A DNA stretch of 64,000 nt from Bispira polyomma. Lineage: Eukaryota. The stretch lies in contig OZ287751.1 of NCBI GenBank assembly GCA_965649765.1, forward strand, positions 96,038,001 through 96,102,000, written 5' to 3'. The notes under the pieces were generated by a model. That model did not search any database and was not told the DNA's origin. It saw nothing but the letters and a program-made list of their open reading frames with translations. Positions within the stretch are counted from its first letter, which is position 1; each line of letters opens with the position of its first letter. A program made the position numbers and the translations under genes. This document shows, in pieces, positions 13,080-27,600 of the stretch.

Positions 13080-15240
13080 CTGCAGCAAATGTTTGTTGTA
13101 AATAGGACCACACGGCTGACAATCTCCAAAGACTGTAGAACATGGTGTCTTGTAAAGCTACATTTTTATTGAAGGCGAAGTTCGCCCCTGACTTTCTTAA
13201 GGTAAGAAAGTTGTGTGATTGGTACAGAATTCCTGTGTCTGTTAATACTTTCGGAAGGTCAACATGTGTGTCGACTATAGAGTGAAAAGGTGGGCAATAT
13301 TAGAATTATTGAAAGGACTGGAGAGGGCACAGATTGTGTTTTTATTAAAAGGGTCTGTGGGTGTCAGTTCTGTTCTGTAAGTTCTTTGCCAATTTTAATA
13401 TGACATGAGCTCCAGTTAGGACAAATATGATATCCTTCCTAAAAATGTCTGGTAGGGTCAAATGATGCTCGAGATGCTATGTTTATAATCCTGAGAAAGC
13501 CGAAGAAGTCCAATTGGTTCCTGTAGTATTTTACATATTGAGATATCTGAGTTAGTTGGTTGATGTCAAATAAGCACAAATGTGAAATTAATGGTGATAC
13601 TCCTGGTTAAAAGGGCGATAAAATTATGTGTAAAAGGAGCAAGGTCTCAGTGTAGCTGCTTAGCTATGATTATTATTGATGATAAGTAGTAGCCTACCAC
13701 AGAGGTAGGAAGATGGCTCTAAACCAGAAACTCTAGAAAAGCTAGTACTAAGTGGACATTAATCTGTGTAATGCCTGTAATCTGTAAGACAGATATGTCA
13801 TGCATTTGTTACTGTAGGTTGCTGAAATATATATTATATAGATAATTCCAGGTCAAAATATCTAAGTGAACCTTGTACCAGTGGTAGAATCTAGGAGTTA
13901 TAAAAGTTATGAAACATTTCTGCCTTGGGTGGTTTGGCAGAGTATATCCTGGAAAGATCATCTACAATGACATTATGTTTGCCTGGAATATGTTGTATGT
14001 TTATGGTTATGTTGGGTATCACATGAGGGTCAATGTAAGTAGTACCGTTAAATAGATGTAGAAATTTCTGAAACCAAGCCAGGTCATCATGCATTTCTTA
14101 TATGACAATGAATTTTTCCAGTTCTCATTATTTATGAAATCATTCAATAGTCTAATTAATAAATGTCCGGACTGGCTTTACACACTTATACAAAAAAGAG
14201 TTTATCTCACAGTGACTGAAATCAGCTATGTGTAATATTTCGTCTACTGTAGACGTCACAACAGAATTCAAAAATTTCATCATTTTTCTTGTCGGATACT
14301 AAATATACTTAAGGTGATGTCAATGTTAATACCCAAGCAAGTGATGCTAGTATATGAGTTTGGTATGCTTACTATAATTTATAGAAAGACCAAAGTGATC
14401 TCTTAGTATCTGTTCTAGTAGGGACGCAAGTATAGTCATTGATGTAACAAAACATGTTGTATCCGTGTAGACGCATATGTGACGCTATTGCGTCAGAGCA
14501 TCTTTAGAAAGACGCACTCCCATGGACCAAGCTGAGCGCTAATGCAGGATGAAAGTATTTACCTTCTTCAAAAGAACTGCCTAACTTTAAGCTGTTGATT
14601 GGGTCCAACCGCAAATTACAGAACCTGCGGGTGATGGCGATCTTAAATAGTACAGGATCATTTGTTACAGTGATACTTTGGTAACGTCATCAATTGTAGG
14701 AAATTTTAGGAGAAATTGTGTTCCATCAAATTTAGTCTTATCAACGGTCATATTCACTGAACGACCACAAGAGTGGGAGCAGTTCAAGATCACTCTACTG
14801 TATGTGTCCATAGCACGGGTGAGGAGTGGTGAGCAGTGCTAATGTAAGAATTTAACCTCTGTTAATGGATCCAACATGGCTCATTTGCTGTTTTCTTTAT
14901 CTAGGTATGCTCCTACACTTTGTGTGAGTTCAAGGGCAGAATAGTGATCAACGACAGTTTTGTTGTTTAAGTCATCTGGTTGGTAAGCCATAGAGGAAAC
15001 CGAAATTTTATATCTTGACAAAGTAATTTATCATGGTAGTTTCAAAATACTTCATCCCAAGCTTCTTTATTTAATCCTGAAAGCAAGGAGATCCTAGCTT
15101 GCCTATAATTTGGGGCTGTAGTGTCTCTGATCACATAGGCGACCTGCAGCATGTCTTCTACTGTCCTGATGGCCCTGTGGCTTCCATCTGGGCCTATAAA
15201 TGTAAACTCAGTTTGGGAAGGTGCTAGGAAACCCATGCAC
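13080..15240 (-). mobile_element. Decayed Ngaro-like YR retrotransposon (RT, RNase H and YR relics; may extend from ~12650 to ~17230)
   Basis: Relic translations: TLRKSGANFAF...LWRLSAVWSYL (13100-13210), FFGFLRI (~13490-13510), DDLAWFQKFL and HIPGKHNVIVDDLSR (13891-14094), RCSDAIASHMRLHGYNMFCYINDY (~14430-14505), RISLLSGLNKEAW (15042-15236). All are collinear with the 51.5-56.2 kb element. Confidence 0.8.
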
Positions 15241-18200
15241 TTCAGTGGATCATTAATATCCCCAATCTGTTTATCAGTTACATTAATTTTTTTTTAAATG
15301 TATTATTTGTGAGAAGATATGATGCGACAGATTTGAGTATATTTTATCACAATCAAGACTTTTGGTTGTCTTGAGCTGGTTGTGTGTACTTAGATTAGCA
15401 TCTACTGCCCTATGGTCTGATTCATTAACCAAAATGAGCAATGTTGTCCCCAGTGCCATCGATTATTGCATCAATTAATCAATTAACTTATACATATATT
15501 TAGTGTAATCATACCCAGGCTGCTTGTTGCATGCAATGTCTCTATTAAAATAATAGAATGTATTAGCTACTTGCTTTACCACATTGGGATGATGAACTTC
15601 CATCTCAGTGTTTAAATGTGAATTTTAAGATGGCAGTTATTTTGCCAGTTGGTGACTGAAACTTGAACTGTATTTACTAGGCCTAATTGACTATATGAAA
15701 TTGTCAAATGATTTTCTGATTCCACATGCACCTTAGAATTTGCAGGCACAGAGATAAGCAATATAAAAGTTGGATTAGATTAGTTTTATGTTTGAGACCG
15801 AGGAGTTCTTGTTGGTGAAATATTCTGAAATAGCCACATTTTAAGAAGTAAAAGATTGCCAAAATGTAATATTATAACAATTTCTAAATTGATAACAGTA
15901 GCACACTGTTTAATGAGAATTTTAAATACAATTTTATGTAAGAGAAAAATCGCCAGGCTGTGATGTATTTCTGTATTTAACAAAGTTAACTATTTATATT
16001 TTTGCATATCTATAATGAACTCTAGCAGTACACATACACTAGTGAATTTCCTCATACAAGTCCGTGCTAAATTAGGGCTAGCAGTTGTTAATACTTGCCT
16101 CTTGTTATTATCTTTTTGTACTTTTATCCAAATATCAAAATTTACTATTCTTAGCGACGGTATTTAGTGAGACAATTAATATCCTATTTTCATAACGAAC
16201 TGCAGTTCTTAAGATATGATTAACTGAACATGGCCCACCATTACTGTTATTGGTTACATTATTTAACCTTACTTACTTCAATTGCATTTTATGTTATCAT
16301 GAATAATTTAGTAGAGCTAGAATAAAATATCTTATAATAGCCACATAGATCTATAATACTATATCTGCGTTTGGAGCTTACATAGAGGAATGAGTGGTAA
16401 CTATAACACGAGCAGATAAATGTGTACATTCAAAATACTATATTTTTGACTTATTGATGGCAATGTGTTCAGTCGCATGTAAATATGTTCATAAAAGTAT
16501 TGTTGGGATTATCTGTTGGATAATGATAATGTCCTAACCAATGATTGTAAAGTGTGGATTATTAACAGACACACTACGGTGATAATGTAACATGGAATGT
16601 AATGCCGATGTAAAGTGTGGACATTTATTATACACACTACGGTAATTATGTGTTTACCAAGAAGTGGTCTGCTATTTGATTCAATATTGGATCATGTGTA
16701 TGGCTGGTCAAGAGTAAATGTAAACAAAAGTATGGGGTGATCAAACTGCAGATGAACTGCTGACACTAGATGGCCAATCATAGCATGACACCCCAAACAT
16801 CAGATCCAAATGGACAAATCAAATCATGACACCAAAACATAATTAAAATGGGGATGGGGTACTGATGGGGTATTTAGAATGGGAATGTAAAATGCAGGCC
16901 CATTAGGCCCAATGAAAATTAGGGTCACCCCTCTATCCTACAATATTATAAAAATTATGGTTAAAGAGTTAAAGAGGCCCAATAAGGGGACATTCTCTAT
17001 TAGGGGTATATAAACCTATGTAATTCTATAACAATTCAGTTTCAAGCTGAATTGACACAGGGGTAAAAAGATTTCCTCCCTCCATAAACACCCAAAATAA
17101 TCAGTTGATCGGCTGAGCCCAGGGTCGTGTCGAGCAGCAGTCCTCCCTCTTATGCCCTCTTGTTGGAGGCTCTGAGAGAGAGGACTTGCCCCTGCTCTGC
17201 GATTAGGTGCCGTAGGCCCTGGGTTCTAGCTTCCAAAACAAATAATTGGCATGATAAGTGTCTATATGTAACTGACAATATCTAGTCTAATATTAGAAGA
17301 CTTGTTTGTGATTTAAATGGTACAACATTTAGTATTTTAAATAATTTTAGTCTTTTAAGTGTTATATTAGTGATGGGGGTCTGCCCCTTTATTCACTCAC
17401 ATATACTTGTGAGAAAAATAACCATATAAGTAGGTGTGTGTATACGCACATGTATAGTAGTGTTTTATCTGGATAACAATACTAAAACATTATAATTGTA
17501 AATGTAATAAATGGCAGTGAATAAAAGGCCCAAACTATACTTATAGTTTATTTCATCTGCATACATACACTCAATTGATAAATCTACTCTTCAACTATTA
17601 TGCAAGGCCTAGGCACTTATGTATTATGGGGATTGTGGCTATACATCTGCACCAACGGTGCTTTGAGTTTATACCAATGGAACTTAGCAATTTCAAGGAT
17701 GGCACTTGGAAATGTTTGCAACAATCCACACGGGTACTTGCTACTGGCTATTCGATTATACCTTAGGCACTAATAGTGCAGTATGATATATCTTATTTGG
17801 TCAATGCTTACTTTACACTTTAAATAATCCAACATTGCCTGAGCATACTTATAAGCATCATCACTGGACACTGCAACTCTGGATCTTAATGTTGGAATGG
17901 TAGACTGATTTTTTGTTGTTTTAATAAATGGTGGGGAGTAAATATCAAAACTGAATACACCAGTTCATAGTTCCACCAAAGAAGGTAAGGTTGAAGGTCG
18001 TTTAGCTCAGTCATAAAGAATGTTGGGGTACACAAACCAACTTACATGAGCTGTCAAATATATAAAAAGAAATATTAACTATTAGTTATTGTTTAAATGA
18101 TGGCCTCAGGTTCTACCATACAGTGCAAAAGTATAGATTGTTTGTAAAAACTTTTATTTTCACTGTTAAAAACGACATTTCGATTGAACTTTTGTAAAAC

Positions 18201-19160
18201 TACCCTAAAACTATACATGTTTTACGTAGATTTAACCAAGGGTAAATTTGATTTAAAAGTTAAATCTTTGTAACTAAAAATCCTGCAAACGTCATACTTA
18301 TATAGAGTGAACGAAAAATAATTGTAGTTTCTCACTGTGTTTTATTAAAAAAAATAATAAATAAATTAAATGGAATATTAACGAATACTTTGATTGTTAA
18401 AGTCTACCCCTACTATGTACATATCGAAATATCACTATTTTAAGAGCAAGTTTAAAACATACAAAAAATGTTATCTCAGAATAAAATTAACTGATAAATG
18501 GTGCAGATTTCTATTGTTGAAGTACACATAGAAGCACCATGCTAATGTTGAAAAATCGTCATTTTAAAAATTAATAGACCAATTAGATATCTCCAATTTT
18601 CTTATGTGGTAATACTAATATAAATATAAACCAATAGAATGTCATAGTCTAAAAGTATTTCTTAAAACAAATAAGGCCCTATTATATTGTAATTGTTACG
18701 AAAAATTTAATTTGCTCCATAAAATTATTTCTTCTTATTAAATTCTGTTTTTTTATACCTCTAAGTTTAATATTGGAATACATTCAGGTAATTTAGATAA
18801 TTATAATGTCAATGACCGACTTACATAAATAAATACATAATATAGTATAAACATGCAAAGTATATCATATAAAACAACCTTATTTGAAGAAATTATTGTA
18901 GTTTTGAACCATTTTTGTTTTTATTAAAATCTACAAAATTTTTGCAATTTTTGGTCAGCTTGGCGCCATCATGTTATATGACCAGTCTAAAATGAAGCAT
19001 TCAGGGGTTGTGGATATATTGATAATATATATGAAATATATATATTCTTTTATATCAGCCCAAATTCAGGAATATTTATAAACAAAGATAAAAACATAAC
19101 AAGATGTCGATTGAAATGGCCAGTTTATTCAACTGACAAAAATGTATATATTAAACCAAA

Positions 19161-19397
19161 CATACAACATCTTTAAAATTTGATTACATCACACAAGTGA
19201 CTTATATATAGATTATTTATTTACATAAATGTGGTGAGGGACACAAACCCAAACCAAGCATACAACATCTTTAAAATTTGATTACATTACACAAGTGACT
19301 TATATATACATTATTTTTTTTACATAAATGTGGTGAGGGACACAAACCCAAACCCTTATTATTTATTGACATAAATGTGGTGAGGGACACAAACCCA
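19161..19397. repeat. ~98-bp tandem duplication plus a partial third copy
   Basis: CATACAACATCTTTAAAATTTGATTACAT at 19161 and 19259; ACATAAATGTGGTGAGGG occurs three times. Confidence 0.85.
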
Positions 19398-20931
19398 CCA
19401 ATATTAAAAAGTATAATGTACAAAACAAACATACAGAAATGGTAATACAGAAAAGTACCATTTATATTTATATTTCTTACTATGGTACGTCCTCTTTGGA
19501 GATTTGTATTGCACGAATTACAGTCAAAAACTTATGTAGGCTATTAGACATTCATCATCTGTATTCCGTGAACATGTCATGTCAGTGTCCTAGCTATGTT
19601 TGATTGCCAAAAGGTTTAAAATCTCCCCCATGCATTGGCAACAGCAAATTCACCAAGCAGGTCAATTTGTCACCTCATAAATTGTAAAGCAACTAATAAT
19701 TCATTACACTGTGGTAGCAGGGTAAAACATTTTCATTGATGTTGGCAATCTGAGTTTTTTAATTGGCAATTTGAGTTTTGAGTGGAACGAAGATCTCTCT
19801 TTAATCGCTCTTCACTTGAATTGACAAACAAATAGAAAGTCGCTATGCTCTAGCTATCAATAAGAGATTTTTCACTTGATTTTGCTTAGACACCAGGTAC
19901 TGCATCAAGATTACTACTGGATTGATAGTGATTGAGGGTGATTAATGGTCACTGACGACCAGACAGAGTAGTGTAATCCAAATGAAGTGTGTTCTAATAA
20001 ACATACTCTCTTGATTGATGACATCACTTTTTATTTCCAATTTTACCAGAGATAACCAATGAAACATATGTCAAAAGAAATAAGAGATATAATAGAAACA
20101 ACATTAATAAGTGATATGTACTCAGTTTTACATTAGTGGAATAGGCTATATCTGCTTGTAGTTTATCCTATATTGTACAAACTAGAGCATATACTTACAG
20201 TATTAGTATATTTATTTTATTTTTTCAATGTAAGTAATAATAATAATAATTATACATTTAACATAGCACCCATTAGCGGCCAGGTACCCATTTATAAACC
20301 TGGGTCAATATCACGACAAAGCTAACAGTAATCTATATCTACATATACATTTAACATTCAGGGGAGCTTAAATTTTCAGTCATGGACTTTTAAAACAATA
20401 AAATATTTTAGTGTTAGGTAATTCACGAAAGTAATTTTTGTTCAATTTATGACCAAATGTTAGACAAAGTATTTGTAAAATACTGTAAAAATAAAAAAAA
20501 CCCCATTAGTTACGGTTATCAGCATGTGAACCAAAATGGTAATGTAGCGAGCATAACCAAAGTCCCAAAATTGTCTAGTAGAAGTGCGACATTGTTATAT
20601 GCACATATAAAATATATATAGAGGACAAAGAAACATGCTCATTTAAGAGTTAAAACATTACATCAAGATTGTCTCATGTGAGTATGTGAAAAAACATGGA
20701 GATCAGTGGTTAAATAATGCTTTGTTGCTGAGGTAGTGCAGCTGAAAGATTTGTTAATAATAATAAATAACTACTACTAGTCTGGCTTCACTGAAACACT
20801 GTAATATAAAATGGAACTATATAAAATCCATGTATAAACATTAGACAACAATGTTATCACAGACATCTTTGTAGTACTTCTATCTCTCTTGTTTATACTG
20901 CTGACATGGAGTGCATAATAACAAAGGACCC

Positions 20932-21699
20932 TTATAACATGCAACATGAGGAGGATTTCTTTGGCTGATGCTGTGGCTCCTCATCATTTCTTGGTGTATT
21001 TGTTTTGTTGGTTTGTTCTTCTTTTTGTTTTTGAGATTTGTTATCAACAACTGGGGCTGCATCTTTTCCCTTCTTCTCTTCATTAACTTTTGTTCTGTTA
21101 GTTTGTTTATTCTTCTGTTGCTGGGATGCCTTTTCAACCACTGGGGCTGCCTCTTTTTCCTCCTCCTTCTCTTCATTCTTGACCACGCCAATAGTAGCTG
21201 TTTGATGTTTCTTTGTAACTTTTGCATTGTCTCCCTTTTTTGTAGGTTCAGAACGGTCTGCTATTTGTGGTATATGAGCCTGTAACTTTGCCTTTAGTTC
21301 TTCCAGCTGTGGGCAGTCCCAAGTATTTTGGATACTTACATCTGGACTATGGAAATTGATATACAGCAGTTGTGTAAAGACCATACTCATGGGACCCTCC
21401 GGGGGCCATGTCATCTTCTCCAGAAGAAGGGGTATAACTGGTTTCTTTAGAGCATCGGCCAGACTGACTTCTCTTCTACAATTAGCTGAAAATGTATACT
21501 TGGAAGTTACACAGGTCAGTACTACCTTGCAGCCACGAACTCCCTTATCTATCTTATCATACAGGGAATCTCCCCCACCCATTTGCAGGATATCTAACCA
21601 ACAGGTATAGCCTAACTGACTAAGTCTGTTGTAGAGGGCTTTAATCTGAGGCTGCTTGCCCCACTGGTAAGATATGAAGACATCAGGAGACTCTTCTTC
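20932..21699 (-). CDS. Terminal exon of copy A: second TIR domain, charged tail and CCaX motif
   Basis: [92 protein letters not shown]...KKSSSCCML*. Splice acceptor at 21700-21701. Confidence 0.92.
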   Translation of the reverse strand, partial: EEESPDVFISYQWGKQPQIKALYNRLSQLGYTCWLDILQMGGGDSLYDKIDKGVRGCKVVLTCVTSKYTFSANCRREVSLADALKKPVIPLLLEKMTWPPEGPMSMVFTQLLYINFHSPDVSIQNTWDCPQLEELKAKLQAHIPQIADRSEPTKKGDNAKVTKKHQTATIGVVKNEEKEEEKEAAPVVEKASQQQKNKQTNRTKVNEEKKGKDAAPVVDNKSQKQKEEQTNKTNTPRNDEEPQHQPKKSSSCCML

Positions 21700-24600
21700 C
21701 TACAAAACAATATGTGTCAACATGTAAGGAGATGATATTCGTTGATCAATTGCAGTTTATTATTGGTATAGAGTTACAGCAAGAAATAAAAATAACACAC
21801 ACTAACATCAGGCAAAACTGAATTAAACATCACTTACCTCTGTGTCAGTATTTCCTGCATTGACCACAGCTTTCCCACTGTCCTTCTCTTTGGGCTTAAA
21901 AATAATGATTTCAGCTGGTGGAGACATCCAGTTGACGTATGCTACAACAAACATTACAGTAATTTACATGCAACTTACATGTAAAGTTACAGTAACTCCA
22001 TCCCATTATTAAAATAACTGCCTAGCTTGTGCAATCTTTTCTTAAAAAAACACCACTATATATAAAGATTAGGATTTATCCTTAATCGACATTTAAGTTA
22101 AACATCAATCAATTGTATTGCATCATCAATTTTAACATGCCTTATTAATCCGCAGCATCAAGTGCAACAACAGAATCAATTGACCAATCAAGAGGTCCAA
22201 AAAAAAGGAATTAGGGTTTTTTGTCTAAACCCAGAAAATGCTTCTAGTATTCTAATTTCAACTGGGAGACTATTCCATAACATAGGGGAAGCAATTGAGA
22301 AGCTCTAGATCCAGCCCTCTTGGTAGGTTTTACAGAGGAACCAGAAAGACTCTTTACCCCCTCATGGTTTCTGAAAGAAAGTGGCGTAACAAGGTAGGGG
22401 GGCTGTTTAGAGGCCATATCTTTAAAAAATGGTTACATGGATTTTTTGAGGTATGGCAAAACACCAGTTTTACGTGAGATTTTTTTACCCAAAACAGAAG
22501 AGAATTGCAGTAGCTGAGGTGGCTACTTACAAGGGAGTTAGCCACAGTGATAGCAGCCTCTAATGATTTCTAATTCTTTTGATATTACAAATGTAATAGA
22601 TATAGGAGCGACAAATGTTGTTGATGTGTTGATCAAATGAGTAGTGAAGCCAATAGTGACAAAAAGGTTCTTGACATTATCAGAAGGTTGTAAATTGCCC
22701 AGTGGTGTAATGAGGTATAATGATCTAAGGGACTTGCTGGGTTTCCATGAAAATGATTTTAGTTTTTTTCAGGTTTAAATTTCAATTTGCAGTAATTGAT
22801 CCAAGACTGAAAAAAGACAGTAAGTAAACCTAAATGAGCAATTAATTATGTTAATAAGAGTTATAGGGATGTTCAGAAAATTCCATGAGAATAGTGTCAG
22901 GGATAGGATCCAGTTCAAAAGATTTATGAGTTTAAGAGCATCATTTCAGAAAGTGTGTGGAAATAGAGCAGATTAGAAACTGCGTAGCTTTGATGTCTAT
23001 ATGGGTTGTAACAAGCTCCAAAAAGTTTACATTTATCTAATATTAGTAAAATATGCCGCAGAAAACTCTGAAAACACTGCTGTCTGAGGGCGTTCTAAAG
23101 CTTGTATTACTGCATCTTTCTATTAAAATATGAAAATAGTAATGTTTTCTTGATTATAATTTGTCAATTTGTTAATTATCAAACGAAATGTATTATACCA
23201 TTAGATTTTCAAATAAATATACAACTTTAAAACTTGCAGTCAACAGAATACATTCATAGTTCTAAAGTACTACCTGCTATACTTACGGTTTTTGATGAGT
23301 TCCTCATTTGGTACCACATTATACCGTAGCTGCATCAGTAGCTCTTGCATCTTGGGCAGTGGCCAGTATCTATCATCCCCACTCTCTTCACCACCCCGAG
23401 TAAAGAACCGAATAAACAGGTACTCTCCAAAGATAGGGCCCATGGAACCTTTGGGTGGCCAAGGCATCTTCTCCATCAACAAAGGAATAATGGGTTTTCC
23501 AAGATTCACTGACAGATTGACCTATTATGTAATATACAAATCACAAGTTAAAATTTAATATAGCATACATTACACCCGTAATCCTCGAGTTGAACGATAA
23601 ATGGAGTAATGGAAATTTTTCGGTCTCCTACCTATAACTTGGACAACATCGCCCTGCTCATATGTTTTTGTGGTGTTTTGTAGTTCTGTAGACAATACCT
23701 GTAAACCTGTAGTTCATCATACGTTTGTATAGATGTATACTATCTGGTACTTTTTACAGAATAAAGGTTTATCATATAACAGCTCAGAAAGTTTAAGGAG
23801 TTACTTATTAGCTGGAATTACTCATAACAATTTACTTGTACTCAATTGTCCATAATAAAAACTTGGACTTGACCTTTAGCCTTTCATAGTTGTAAGTGAT
23901 ATTATATTAGAATCAGAGTAACTGATACCATAATTAATTAAAGCAAATTGATCAACTCTTAGGTTTCTAAATGCTCTAGCTTTCCAGTCCACCTTGAATA
24001 AGTAACAATCATCAGCACACTGTGATATAATCTACCATTTGGGTTGGGGAAAGCAGTACATACTTGTTGGTCAAGATTCAATACTAAAAATCACAAGGCA
24101 TTGGCAACTGACAACTTTCTGACATAAAGCCTCAACCAAGATTCCAACCGACGATTTCAGAGGTGGGAGGCGAATGGATGAACCAATACAGTGTCAGTGT
24201 TGGAATTATATATAAAACTTACATCATCAATGTAGTTAAACACAGAAACCATAGGATACCTAAAAAAGTAACAGTAAACGCAGCTGAAAAGACTTATGGA
24301 AATGCTTGAATAGTTTCTACCATAGCCATTATAAATTGTTCTCTTTCTGAATTAACAGATTCTTCAAACAAGCTTATTGATAAGCTTATTGATAAGGATT
24401 TTGGATGTACCTGATGTATCTGCTACATATGACACCATGACCTCCAGAACTTAAATATTCAATCACCAGAACTAATTCAATACTTTGCGCAGAATTAGAA
24501 TTACGACCTAACTAAAACGTAGCCTAAAAAATTAAACTTCAAACAATAAATGGTAGGCCGATTGCTGTAGAGAAGGATCCTTTTGGCCTGCCGGTCATAC

Positions 24601-27600
24601 TACATTTTAGGGCAAAGGAGACATCTGGCAACAGATCTGAACACAAAGGGGTATTTTCTGGGAGGGTCTCCTGTGGCTGGATATTATCTGCAACAAGAGC
24701 TAAAGGTTTTTTTCCGGAGGGTCTGATGTTGCTGGACAACATCTGCAACAATAGGGGTATTTTTCTGGAAGGTCCATTGTGGCTGGACAACATCTGCAAC
24801 AAGATGGGTATTTTTCTGGATGGTTTAATGTGGCTGGATAACATCTGAAACAAGAGAGGTATGATCTGACTCTAACTGGGTCAAGCTCGACCCCTATTAT
24901 GTTAACTTAAATATGTGAACTCAATTAGACAGAGCAGATAAGCAAGCAAGACAAGTAAACTATTGACATTTATTCACTGTGCACAAAATAATATTATTAA
25001 ATTACAAGACAATAAAGGGTGCACAAACTACAGCTAGTTAAAATCCATTTTTACGTTATACTAATTAATTCCTATCACCAATTATACTAAGATTCTACAA
25101 CAGTCCTAATACCTCAGAAGACTCTATTTTCTGCTAATAATTAAGAACCTATAATTATTATTATTATTATGCATTTTTGACGCGCTTTATTGATACTAGG
25201 CATCTTCTAAAGCTCAACAGCAGAATCAGTGATCCAATCATAAAGTCCATGGGCATAGCAAGGTTGTAAGGGTAAGGGGGTTAACAGCTGGTTAATCAGC
25301 AAGCAACCAGACTGGGTATTAACCCACCGCATAGCATCCTGCGGAAAAGGGCGCAACTTCCTTTCACGCTTCACATGGTGAAGGGTGCCATAACCAAAAT
25401 CTGTGAATATCTATTGGTAATTGACGGCTATGAGCAGCTAAATATTGTAATTATACAAAAAACAGGAGTAGGTTGAAACTACACATGTATTATAGGAGGT
25501 TACTGGCAGCTTTATATTGGCGGCTATATGGCTAGAAAATTTGCTCAGGTATATAGGAACTGGTTGGGACTGCTTTAGGCGGCTACTGATATCTATATTG
25601 GCGGCTATAGGCTGCTAATCCCTAAATATCTAGCTCTGGCTGTCTGTATTCAATTCTGAATACAAGAAATCACTGAGAAATCACTGGTTACCTTTCTTCA
25701 CTTTTCCTTTCTTCCTTGGTGGCTTCCTTGATATTAACTTTACAAATTTGTCTAACTTCTTTGAACTATATTTCTGTAAATGAACCACTAATCTTAAACA
25801 TGCACTTTAACATAAAAGGATAATTGATAATTGTCTTTTTAGAAATGTATGTATGTTGGTCGAAAAATGATCTTAAACATGACAAGATAATTCAATCTTA
25901 CATAGCTTCTCTGAAAGGGTATTTCTGTTGGTCAAACAATAGAATCCTATGAAACACTAAAAAATTTGATTGGAAAAGGCTTGTTGGTTAAATGATGCTT
26001 CAACAAATGCAGCTTTAGAAATTTTAAAATGACAGTTTTCAAAAATAAAAGGCCTTCAAGACTGCTTATTAATTCCTTTGGGATTGAGAGAAGCTAAACA
26101 ACGTTGGAATTATGATTTAAAAAAACAAAAAAACAGTTTAAACTGATAGATCATGGTGGGAAAATTCATTTTGATGGAACTAATCATTGGTTTGTCTGAA
26201 TAACACTGCCTAAAGAGGATAATATATACATTTTAGATTTAGCTGGATTTATTAACTTAACAGATTCAACTAAAATTCAAGTTTCAAAATTGTATTGTCA
26301 ACCACAGTACGATTATAAATTGATATTAATGTATGTTGTTTTTTGTAGCATAAATGTACATTGATAAAAACTTTTTGTGTGATGTAAAAAATATATATAT
26401 ATTCACTCAATTGTTTGCTTATCTCTTGTAGCTTCTATACATGGACCTTGTTATAGGGAGAACAGTGGTGTTTAAATGATCAAAAATCGGTTGATAAATA
26501 ACGATTTTAGGTAACTTATGGTGCAATCTTTGTTAAAGATATATATATATATATATATATTGGGCGATTTTTAGGCGATTTTTTTATCGATATATTATTG
26601 ATTATTTTACCCTTAAAATAAATAAAAGTATTAGAATATTTGTTTTATTAGGACAGAAGAGGATATTTATGTTTTATGTTTGATATTATTTCATACAAAA
26701 CTTAATGATGAATATGACGTCACCATCACCAAGATGGATATGTACGTCCACAGACAAATATTTCTTATTATTGTGCTCTATTATAGAATTAATGCTTAAT
26801 TTTATGAAATATACATGTGAGGATATAAAATTAAGCATGTGTTACAGTTTCTAATGTTCATACTGACATAAGGTATGTTATTTTGCTATATTTAACTCCA
26901 TTTGTGATGTAAACGGTATTATTGTTCAACTCGGAAACTGTTCAACTTGGGGAAGATGGGTGTAGTATTTAAAAAAAATAATACTGTAATGATTGGTGCT
27001 GCGAAACTATAAGTACATACATATGGTATACACCTGGTGTGGAGCACAACAAAACATCAGTAACCATGTGCATCAACATATTCTGTTCATATGTTGTATG
27101 TTGTATCCACACTTGCCTTGTCATGTTTAGTTTATATTGTTCAGGTCTGAAGCCACTCTAATACCAAAGAGTATTTTTGAAATTATAGGAAAAGCTTATA
27201 AACCAAAGGACTCTAGTACTGTTGCATATTTGAGCAGTGTTTTGCCAACAACCAGTAAAATATTTCCTCCAAAATTTGGATTTTTTCACTCAACTTTTTC
27301 ATCTTGCCAAATGTGGGCCTAGTTTTGCTGTCTGTGCTGTAGTAAGGTATCTGTAACTGTTTCATTTTCAGGTTTTCCAAATATAGAAATGTACAAAGGA
27401 TTACTTTACCTTCATTAGTTAATTTCAGTGTTAAAACTTTACCTCTCTGTTGCAATTTGGTGACTTAGCATACTTTTCAGACACACAGCAAATAATCACT
27501 TTGGCAGCACGGATACCTGTGTCTATCTTTTCAAAGAGTTTATCACCACCTCCCATCTGACCAATGTCTATCCACCTAGTGATGTTAAGCATACAAAAAC

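Noticed and set aside
20880-21610. Overlapping ORFs 20880-21227(-), 20968-21285(+), 21356-21610(+) and their twins near 57.3-58.0 kb
   Set aside because: Alternative-frame or antisense shadows of the low-complexity TIR2/tail exon, with no independent coding signal.
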